From: Octopus bimaculoides
Lineage: Eukaryota
Assembly (NCBI RefSeq): GCF_001194135.2
Contig: NC_068981.1
Location: 164,016,453 to 164,080,452, forward strand
Direction: 5' to 3'
DNA length: 64,000 bases
Under the pieces are notes generated by a model. It searched no databases. It was given only the letters and a program-made list of their open reading frames with translations, and was not told the DNA's origin. Made by a program: the position numbers and the translations under genes. Below are positions 1 through 9,938 of the stretch, piece by piece. How positions within the stretch are numbered: position 1 is the stretch's first letter; every line of letters starts with the position of its first letter.

Positions 1-146
1 GGTGTGTTTACGTCCCCGTAACTTAACGATTCGGCAAAAGGGACCGATAGAATAAGTACTAGGATTAGAATGAAAACGTCCTGGGGTATATTTGATCGAC
101 TAAAGGCGGTGCTCCAGCATGGTCGCAGTCAAATGACTGAAACAAG

Positions 147-148
<2 letters not shown>
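1..148 (+). mobile_element. SINE family A, 3' half (window edge)
   Basis: Matches the 3' half of the full copy at 14897-15300 (GGTGTGTTTACGTCCCCGTAACTTA...GGCGGTGCTCCAGCATGG...AATGACTGAAACAAGTAA); followed by (AT)n. Confidence 0.9.
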
Positions 149-182
<34 letters not shown>

Positions 183-299
183 ACTGAAGCCTGTATAATC
201 AAGTCTCTCGTTCAGAGAAGGCAGCTCATCACTAAATGCTTGCAGACACTCATAGATACAGGCATACATACACATATATATGCATATATATACATTATT

Positions 300-900
300 G
301 TTTATTAGTGTCTCAGAAGGGACGTATAAGTGTATGTCTGGAGAGGGCATTTATTACTCTGTAAGTAAGCTTGTTTTCTTTCTCTTCGTAGTGCTGGATG
401 AGTTTTTTTTTACATTTTCAATAAGCGTTTGGCAGAAATGTCTTCGACTCTATCCACCGCTCCTTTTCAAAGTTGTCTTCAACCGGTTTTATTTTGGTCA
501 TCCAGGCTGGTGGTGTTCATTCTGTAACAGTCCATGACAAGAGCCTACTGGCAAGACGCAATTAAATATGTACACCGCATATCCTGTTCATCTCATTCGA
601 GGCTTCTATGGAGTGTATGCAATACTATTGGTGTGATTCGGCAGAGAATTTCTTTGTGACTTAACCGTGTCTCTCCAGGAAACTGAAATAATCTCCTGGG
701 AGCACTCCTCGTTGAAAGTTTCCAGATTCTTATTGTTTCGGCTGCACGTAGTCTTTCAGAGACTTTCAAGAGATTCAGAAGCCAGTCTCAGGCGATTTAG
801 AATCTCTCATGCAGTCCAGTGTGCAGTCGTCATACTTCCTAGATATCTGAATTGGGATGGTATGACAAGTTATTGCTGTAGTATAAACAGAGAAAGCTGA
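300..900 (-). mobile_element. Decayed RTE-clade LINE, ORF C-terminal region
   Basis: Manual minus-strand translation gives QFRYLGS, NRLRLASESLESL, IISVSWRDTV and R*TGYAV, in the order of the RTE motifs FKYLGS / SNRLxxASxxFxxL / IxGISWxDxV / RWAGHV; many stops and frameshifts. Confidence 0.65.
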
Positions 901-3324
901 ACGAAAAAGAGCGTGAAGTTTGGCATTAATATTATTTGATATCAGTTCTTGGATCGTTAACTTTTAGGCCAATTCAAGTTTAAACTGTAACGGCTACTTT
1001 TATGATGACTCCTAGAAGTACAGGATCTTAAGCTTCAAGAATACAGGTATCAGTTTACTGTAGTTCTAAGATTCGTTCAGAAGTGAGATTAGTTAGTGAC
1101 TTGCATTTTTATGATGTCGATAAAATAACGCTAATCACTTGGATTTGAAAGAAGGGATTCAGTTTGCTTTGTTCTTCCTTGTAAAGCCACAGCATATGAA
1201 AGATTTACGTCGATAATAGGTACAACGTCCGTTTGCCTTTGAATAAACCACACAAATATGTTAACACTTATATTAGTTTGTGAGTGTTTGTATTTCTAAA
1301 CCAACATTTGTATGTGTCTACATGTATAAATACAAAACACGGAGAATCGAAGTAAATAAAAATGTTTCAACCGCTTTATATTACATGTATTAAACCCTAC
1401 GGTATGTGTATTTAGTATGAGTAACATAATTTGGGGGATATTTTCGCTTGATCATATTGTAGTTACTCACAATGAACCTCATTACATTCCCTGTATATGG
1501 GGAAAATGTGGACAAAACTGCCTACGAGAATTTAATCATATATTTGTTGATTACTTTTCAAACACTCTAACCATTACTCTATATCAACGCGTCCCTCACT
1601 CCCTGGTGATTGAAATGAGAACAACACATACACATATTCCACTGGACCTGCTATCCCTTCATATTATTACACAAACTTCGTTGGTATTTTGGTAGCCTCT
1701 AAACCTCCAGCGGTGATTGTCTTATTGTTACCAACACAAACTAGTTTCATATCAGGGATTCCCATTAATCTTGCCAATGAGTAGAAAGTACTTCGCTAAG
1801 GAGGTCAAATGAGACTGAAACATATCCGTTATTTTCACCTGTTGGCTTAAGTAACGGATCCATTCTAATTCTGCATTGTTCTATATTTCCAAAAAATTCA
1901 TTTTTTTCATTGAAGTTTTAATCTCTCTTACTTGTTTTTACCCAAACCCAGCGACAGCTTCTGACTACAAATTACATGAATAAATTCAGTAATTGGAAGT
2001 TTTTTTGCAATTCACCGTATATCATATAAAAAACGTTACAATATATACATACATCCAAGCACGAACATACACAAACGCACGCATACACACAGAGCTCAAT
2101 ATATGAGCATGTATACATTTTCTATAGTATTAAATCGACAGAAAGTTGCTAAAGTACTCAAGGGCCGAGAAGGCACTATGCACGAAACCCCTGGTCCTTG
2201 AATCGCTTCATAACTTGCTACTAATTTAGCATAATAAAAAGTTTATGTGTGTGTGTGTGATTGTGCATTTCTGTATGTTTTATGTGACCGGTTTTTAATG
2301 TCTTTTTCTATTCAAATTCTCGTATTTGCTAATGAAATATTAATTTTTTAAATATTTCCCACGTCTATGTCAGCATTTCTCTTTTTAATCGACTCTGTAA
2401 TCCAGATAGATGGTCTTCAGTGGCATTATTGTTCTGGTTTTATACGACTCGATTGCTTCCTTTCAAGTCACTTCCGAATCAATAGTGTAATCGACAAAAT
2501 AATGTTAACAGAAAATTATATTCACTGAAATTGTATTATGGGATTTGGTACACAAAAATCTCCCAAGTTATTTACGGAAAGTAAATAATCAAGACTGTTA
2601 CTAACACTAATAAAGGAGTTGGCAAATTTGTGATGTTCTGTCATAGTAAACGAGAAAGAAATTAGTACTTCTCGGAAAAAATTGTCTTCTATAGATTTAG
2701 ATATATAAATTGTTTCCAGATGAAGGATTAGCGAGTGCTCTGTGGTTGTAACGAATGTCGTTTGACCTCTATGATTAATAAGCTATTTTAGACGTTAATC
2801 ATTTGACTGTCGAAATCCAGTATGTTTAAAGTATATTTTACATAGTAATATGAATATATATGTATCGAGTTTTCTTATTAATTTTAGTTTGATACAATAA
2901 ATGTTATGAAAATATAAAGGAAAAAATAGGACTTGGAATAGAAACTCTCGTTTAGTTGCAAAAGTTTGAATGTACTTTGTATATAATCGGGAATCAACAA
3001 GGCTAAATATATCCTTGTTTTCGTAAAACAGTGGAATTGATAAGCAAAACACTACTACTATGTAAGACAGATATAACACTAAAAAGCAAACTAGATATAA
3101 ATTACGAAGGATATTAAGAATTAGGAAAATGAATCTTAGATTGATCAAACACTAAACATTAATCGGATTAAATCCTTTAAGCTACTAATCTAAAGACAAT
3201 TTTTACATCGCACTCATTTCTGACTTTCATATTACTATTGAATATCTATGTTGTGATATTCTGTGATCCAAGTTTTGTTTTGACTCGTATTTTTAGCGGA
3301 GAAATCATATAATTTAGGGAAGGT

Positions 3325-3332
3325 AGTCTGTC

Positions 3333-3401
<69 letters not shown>

Positions 3402-3456
3402 ATGTATGTATGTATGTATGTCTGTCTGTCTCTGTTTCTGTCTGTCTGTCTGTCTC
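3325..3456. repeat. (TCTG)n/(TATG)n compound microsatellite
   Basis: Direct reading. Confidence 0.95.
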
Positions 3457-4504
3457 TTATTATTTTTTGTTGGAAAACAGTCCTATGTTCTCGAAGATGT
3501 ACTTGGCTGGAAAGTGATCTGATCTGAGACCGTATTTTGAAGACAAAGCTCGTACAGCGTAGAAGATACATATCAACCGTTCAAAAACACACTAAAAATT
3601 TTAACTTCATTTAATCATTTATTATTTCGTGTCAAAATTTTCATCGAGCTACATGCGACCTGGTCACTGACACAATTCCTTTGCAAGTAGTTTAAGATGA
3701 GGCTGTTGGTCAGTATATATAGACCCTAGGATTTTAAATAATTTTTTTTCTCGATTTATAAGGCCAGTCATTCCTGTTATCATCGCCTGATATTCATTGT
3801 AGGTCACTTAATTCCTGCACTCTCTCTCTCTTCCTTCTTTCTCTCAATCGTATATTTTGTTGGTCCTTGAGAAACAATGTATCCAAAATCGTTATCTGAA
3901 CTGGCTTGCTTAAAATATTTTGAAAGTTGAACTGTGCGTATTTTTATTGTATTCAGATAAAGAAAAATAAACATAGAAGATTAACCATTTGAAAACAGAA
4001 AGGAAATGGATAGCAAGTTATCTCCAGCTTCTCGGAAAACATTAATTCTGTAAAGCTGAGAAAACTTTTTTCCTAACCTGTAGATACTTCTTCAAAACTC
4101 AATCTATTTTGTATGTGTGAAAGTTCAATTCTTTTATATCTAATTTAGACTATTAGCCTCGAAATATTGATAACGCGTGTGAAAAATGAGAAAGGTTTTT
4201 TTCATCAGAACATGAAAGGTGATCAAAAAGGAAATCAAGAAAGGACATATAGATCAGATAGTACAATTTAAGATATATTTCGTACAACGTTTACACTTAT
4301 ATCTTTTATAAATGCTGAATGACCGTAAATATTGTTCAGTAAACCTTAATTATCTGGACGCAAATTAATGAATTATTATTATTACTGAGATTAACAGAAT
4401 CTCGGAACCTTACCAAATCGCTGTTAATTTTTAGCTTAACTGTCATGAGTATTAATCTCATGAGAAAATTTTATTTGCCATTACGGAAAAAAGTAAGAGA
4501 CAAA

Positions 4505-4722
4505 GATTGCATGTGGTTGCTCGGTCTGCAAGAAATGGCATCCAAATCTCACTCGACAACACCATTTCGTCTTAAAAAAATAATCAAGTATATATGTATA
4601 ATATAGCCCTGAATACATTATACCTTAACGAAAGATGGGATGGATGATCAAGGTTTCAATTCTTTCAATCATAGGTCTTTTCAACGCGGGGGCTGGCCTG
4701 GAATGAAACGGCAACAACAAAC
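4505..4722 (+). mobile_element. Dispersed repeat family D fragment (probable SINE 3' part ending in (CAA)n)
   Basis: Similar sequence recurs in reverse orientation near 8100-8295 and 62535-62715 (ATCATAGGTCT...GGGCTG(G/A)CCTGG...ACAACAAC). Confidence 0.55.
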
Positions 4723-5295
4723 AGCTATTCTAGGCTTTCAAGTATATTATTTTATACGCCGCTGGTGAATATATCTATTCCGTTCTGCTGTCACCATTAT
4801 TAAGTCAATTTTCACTACTGAGAATTTTATCCCTGAAAACAAAACGTCCTTGGTTCACTATGAAGTTTACTGTATTATACCTATGTATCCTAACCAACGA
4901 CCAACTGGAAAACTAACTGATCAACTGTGCATAATAAATACACTACGAGCCAGTTAAATAGCTTTAATATGGTCGCTTGACTTGTTAACACTAGCTGCCA
5001 ACTCATTCTCAAATCGCTCTCTCAGCGTTTTAAAATAAGTTACATTGAATATACAATCTGAGATATCCCAAAGGACAGGATACACACGACTGGAATTTCT
5101 TTGGTTATAGCACTCCCCATTCAGGGTTGATCTTAGCCTAAACAAAAATAACAAAAGTTGAAAAGTAACGACAATAAGTTGGCACTATATCATTTACTCG
5201 ATACACTATTTTTTTCTGCATTTATTGTTTTATTTTCTAAATTTCACTTATGGTTTTATGAAGTTAAATTCCAAGAGAATTTACACACACATATT

Positions 5296-5334
5296 GATAG
5301 ATAGATAGAGAGGTAGATAGACAGACAGACAAGC

Positions 5335-5409
<75 letters not shown>

Positions 5410-5590
5410 GATAAACAGACAGACAGATAGACAGATACATAGACATATACGTATGTACGTGTTGGTTTCGTTTAGATCACCGAAACCTAGCAGTTCGGCA
5501 AAATAAACCAAAAAATAATTTACCAGGCTTAAAAATTAAGTATAGGGCTCGCCCTTCAAGGTGGTGTCCCTGCATAAGGCCAATGCCTGA
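5296..5590 (+). mobile_element. Degenerate SINE family A 3' part with expanded internal (GATA)n
   Basis: (GATA)n at about 5296-5440, then GTTGGTTTCGTTTAGATCACCG...GTTCGGCAAAA...AAGGTGGTGTCCCTGCAT..., a decayed family A tail. Confidence 0.6.
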
Positions 5591-5879
5591 AAAAAATAAA
5601 ACATAAAAAATAAATAAATAAATAAATGAATAGGTAAATAAGGGCCAAAACTTATAGCATTACATTAGCTCACATGCTTTCCAGAAAGATGAAACACAAG
5701 AGCATTTATACAGAGGAAGAATCAGGTGCAAAATCAAAATCCGTTGAAAATGTAGACCCAGTTTGAAGGTCACGAGAGGAGTAAAAGGAGTATTTTGTGA
5801 GGAAAATATTAAAAAAAACAAGAACCACAACAGGTGAGTGTGCATTGGCTTCAACAGGAATGCTCATATATGCATACGT

Positions 5880-5896
5880 AAATACATACATACATG

Positions 5897-5941
<45 letters not shown>

Positions 5942-6187
5942 GTACGTACGTACGTACGTATATGGGTGCGTGTGTATACTCAAATGGATAGGTGTACTTG
6001 TGAGTGTACGCACACGCACGTTCGTGTTGTATATAAATGTATGTATTATATATGTATGAATGTATGTGTATCTATCTATCTATATATATATGCGTGTGTG
6101 TGTATGTGTATATATATATATATATATATAAACACATTAAATTTACACATTCATACGCGCACTTGTACGCACATGCACACATGTGAA

Positions 6188-6227
<40 letters not shown>

Positions 6228-6267
6228 CAGACACATAGACACACACACGCACACACATGCACGCACG

Positions 6268-6309
<42 letters not shown>

Positions 6310-6430
6310 CAGTAAAATTCAAACAAATTCTAAACGACCTGATAGCGGTGAGAGAAAAGAGCGAAAAAGGACAGAAAGAGGAGGGAGGGAGAGAAAGAGA
6401 GAGATAGAGAGATGGAGAGAGAGAGAGCGA
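5880..6430. repeat. Compound (TA)n/(TG)n/(CA)n/(GA)n microsatellite field
   Basis: Direct reading; source of many spurious ORFs. Confidence 0.95.
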
Positions 6431-6639
6431 GAGAGAGAGAGAGAGAAAGCAAGTGAGTGTAGATGGGCAATGGTTGTTACATTGAGATAATGATTGACAC
6501 ACGATAAATAATGTATGCAAGACTGTGGGGAGACGAAGGGGAAGTAGTTTCCACATTGTTTATAGAAGCGGGTTTTTCTGCGATAAACATTTGTGTCTGA
6601 TGACATACCCAGCCCAGCTCAGCTCAAACCATTCGCCTT

Positions 6640-6846
6640 CTCTCTGTTTCTGTCTTTCTCTGTCTCTCTTTCACACACACACACGCACACATAAGCACGC
6701 ACACACCACCACGCACACATACTCTCTTTCTTTCTCTCTCTCTTTTTCTCTCTCTCTTTCTCTCTCGCGCACACTCTCTCACACATACAAACACATTCGC
6801 TCCCTGTTTCTCTCTCTCTCGTTTTCTTCTATCTCTTTATCTCACA

Positions 6847-6917
<71 letters not shown>

Positions 6918-7121
6918 ACACACACACACATACACATGCACCTTTTCTCTCTCTCTCTCTCGCTCTCGCTATCTCCCTCTCTTTCCCTCTCTCTCTCGCT
7001 ATCTCCCTCTCTCCCTCTCTTTCGCTGTCTGTCTGTCTCTCTCTCACATACACATACACATAGTTCTCGCTCTATCTCTCATACATATACCCGTTCTTTC
7101 TCACCCCCTACATACACACAT

Positions 7122-7169
<48 letters not shown>

Positions 7170-7330
7170 CCTATATATCTCTCTCTGTCTCCCTATATAT
7201 CTCTCTCTGTCTCCCTATATATCTCTCTCTGTCTCCCTATATATCTCTCTCTGTCTCCCTATATATCTCTCTCTGTCTCTCTCCGTGTCTCTCCCTCTCT
7301 CTGTTACACATACACGTACACATACAAACA
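6640..7330. repeat. (CT)n/(CA)n low-complexity tract including a ~26-bp minisatellite (CTCTCTGTCTCCCTATATATCT..) in about 4 copies at 7160-7275
   Basis: Direct reading. Confidence 0.9.
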
Positions 7331-7394
7331 ACCTCTTATCTGACTTTCGAAAGTCACGCAGTTCAATACTAAATACATTGTGCAGGAGAATAAA

Positions 7395-7925
7395 AGAAAA
7401 GGAAGGAAGGAAAGAAAAAGAAGAAGAAAAGAAATGACGAGAAAAAGGAAGAAAGAGCATGGAGAGTGAGGTTAAGATAAAAGACTGAAACCGGAATTAA
7501 AGAGCGAAATTGGAGCAGAAGAATAAGAAACAACGAAGGAAGACGGCGAAGAAAGGAGGAAATAAAAGGTTATATAGAGAAACGAAGGCCGAATAAGAGG
7601 GAAAAGGAAAGTAAAGCAAGACAAATGAAGAGAGAAGGGGTAAGAGGGAAAGAGAGAAGGAAAAGGTAAAGAAAGAAAACATGGTCGTATGAAAGAGAGA
7701 ACACGAGAAGAAATGAAAGATGGCGGACTTTAAAGAAAAACATGGGAATACAAAGTTGGATCAAAAGACAATATAAAAAGAGAGAGAGACAAAGAACCGG
7801 AGAAGAAATGGACGAGGAAGAAGGCAAGGAAAAGAGAAAGGAAAGCTAGAACCCATGGTTGAACAGATAGAAGAAAAAGAGGGGAATAATAAAAGGTAGA
7901 GGAGAAGGAAGAATAAATAGGAGGT
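7395..7925 (+). repeat. Purine-rich (A/G) cryptic low-complexity tract
   Basis: About 530 bp strongly depleted of pyrimidines on the + strand. Confidence 0.8.
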
Positions 7926-8827
7926 GAACCCCCCCACCTTTCGTTGGCCTTCATTGGCTCGTTATGAATTATTCAGTCTTAAGTCAGCTCTCATCAATCA
8001 GACCAATGATCAAAGATCTTCCAACCACGACCATTCTGTATTTTATTCACCCATTGTGTATCTAGCGCCAGTTTATCCGATGTGTCTTCCATTTTTCTTT
8101 TTTTAAAGATGGTATGATACAATTTGGCGGTAGTGGTAGATTAGACTGGTATTTCTAGCCTCGTCCAGTGATCATGTAGGGAATCTCATGCCGGCTGTTT
8201 TTCTAATATTTTTAAAACATTTTTAACCTCAGACCAGTTACGATCGAACAATTAATTCTATGATCGAAGGCGTTCTAGCCATGACCATCCCACCTTTTAC
8301 TCATACATGGTAGCAACAACTGCATTACCCTGTATGTTCTTGCTTTTCTTCTTTTATTTTTGGCATTGTGTGAGTTGAGGTATTATTGCTATTTTTAGCA
8401 GTTCGGGTGAGTACGTAGAGGCTCCCTCCACTGCGGATACACCACTCTTATAAACTGGAATATCTAATTTGAAGTATAAAAATATGTAATGCAGTCGACA
8501 TGGAGAGAGTGGAGTAATATATAGAAAAGGATAGAAGATAAATAACAAAAGAAAGAATTACCATAGATAATGTAGAGAATATGCTGAAGACCAAAGTGAG
8601 TATTATCATTTTTGGCGGGGTGGCGTAAGTCAAAGGAAGAAAATCGGTGCCTATGACATATTTTCGATCTTCTGTTGGACAGGAAACAAGGGGACTGTTG
8701 AACGGGAAACAAAGGAAAGAATTTTCCTTACATGGTTTGCTTTTTCCAGTATGAATCGGTGGATCAAGATATCGAATTATCTATCGTCAAATTAAAGATC
8801 TGGTTAGAATATTTCAAGAGTGTGTTA

Positions 8828-9045
8828 GGCGGCGAGCAGGCAGAATCGTTAGCTCCTAGGGCAAAATACTTAGCGATATTTGTCTGGTTTTACGTTCCGA
8901 ATGCAAATTCCACCGAGGTCGACTTTGCTTTTTATCCTTTCGGGGTTGATAAAATAAGTACCAGTTGAGCACTGGGGGTGGATGTAATCGACTTACCTCC
9001 ACCTTCGAGATTGCTGAACTTGTGCCAATATTTGAAGCCAATATT
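8828..9045 (+). mobile_element. SINE family B, near full length
   Basis: Head GGCGGCGAGC(T/A)GGCAGAATCGTTAGC, B-box-like GCAAATTCC, conserved body GAGGTCGACTTTGC(C/T)TTT(C/T)ATCCTTTCGGGGT(C/T)GATAAAATAAGTACCAG; at least 8 related copies in the window. Confidence 0.85.
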
Positions 9046-9362
9046 TCTAGAGTGGGTTCTGACTTATAGGCGATAGGGTAACATATGTAATATAGTGTAA
9101 GTTAAATTATTTTGATCAATTGAAATTATTGAATATCAAAGCTGAATTCTAAAAAAGAAAAAAAAAGAAGCTTTTAGGTATGTTTAAAATTTTAAATCAA
9201 TAAACAAAGGAGTTAATTCCAAAGAATTAGTTAATTAATACTTTTTGGGCAACGTAGACAAATCAGATTGAAGTGGATATAGACTTTAAGACCTCATCTG
9301 CGTGAAACTACCGGATTAGGTTTCGGTGTTATTAGACTTCGTCAGCGAAACATATTCAACTC

Positions 9363-9536
9363 ACAGTTCTATATTTAAGAGATGAGGAATTATGTACATT
9401 ATTTACATTTGACGGATATTTGTCCTCATCTTGTTTGTTGTTAACACAACGTTTCAGCCTTCATCAGGTTTCTTGGGGAAATTTCGAACTTGGGTTCATA
9501 TTCCTAAGGTATTTTTTGATGTTTTTGTTGTTGTTG

Positions 9537-9592
<56 letters not shown>

Positions 9593-9677
9593 GTTATTAT
9601 TCAGGTCACTGCCTGGATTCGAACTCGGAATCTTGGGGTTAGTAGCCCGCGCTCCTAACCACTACACCATATACCCG
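9363..9677 (-). mobile_element. SINE family E copy 1 (tRNA head + (TAA)n/(CAA)n + body + hammerhead-like motif + tail)
   Basis: Minus strand reads TGGTGTAGTGG (A box) ... GAGTTCGAATCC (B box), then a microsatellite, then a body nearly identical to copy 2. Confidence 0.85.
9443..9473 (-). ncRNA. Minimal type-I hammerhead ribozyme motif, stem II deleted (probably inactive)
   Basis: Minus strand: GAAAC-CTGATGA-AGGCT-GAAACGTT-GTGTT. The CUGAUGA and GAAA cores, the ACGU palindromic helix III and a GUU cleavage triplet are intact; stem I has one mismatch. Confidence 0.55.
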
Positions 9678-9938
9678 CGGGCACATGGCTTATTGGTTAA
9701 GAGCGCGGGCTACTAACCCCAAGATTCCGAGTTCGATTCCAGGCAGTGACCTGAATATTAATAATAATAACAACAACAACAACCACATCGAAAAATACCT
9801 TAGGAATGAGAACCCAGGTTCGAAATTTCCCTAAGACACCTTATGAAAGCTGGAGGGTATATCAATCGAAACGTGGTGTTAACAACAAACAAGATGAGGA
9901 CAAATATCCGTCAAATATAAATAATGTAAATAATGTAT
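9678..9938 (+). mobile_element. SINE family E copy 2
   Basis: TGGCTTATTGG (A box), GAGTTCGATTCC (B box), (TAA)/(CAA)n, then a body that is the reverse complement of 9393-9600. Confidence 0.85.
9835..9880 (+). ncRNA. Hammerhead ribozyme motif, mutated core (probably inactive)
   Basis: GACAC-CTTATGA-A-AGCTG gagggtatat CAATC-GAAACGTG-GTGTT. Stem I GACAC/GTGTT pairs, but core G5 is T and the cleavage triplet is GUG. Confidence 0.5.

Noticed and set aside
5685-5833. Selenocysteine read-through of the single in-frame TGA (KIKIR*KCRP)
   Set aside because: No selenoprotein motif or SECIS recognised; one TGA in a short frame is expected by chance.
5797-7460. ORFs up to 272 aa (YIYI, HTHT, SLSL, CVCV)
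   Set aside because: Translations of dinucleotide and tetranucleotide microsatellites; the same applies to similar ORFs throughout the window.
9610-9750. tRNA genes in SINE heads (here and in families A, B, C)
   Set aside because: A and B boxes are present, but there is no complete cloverleaf or acceptor stem and each head continues into a repeat body.
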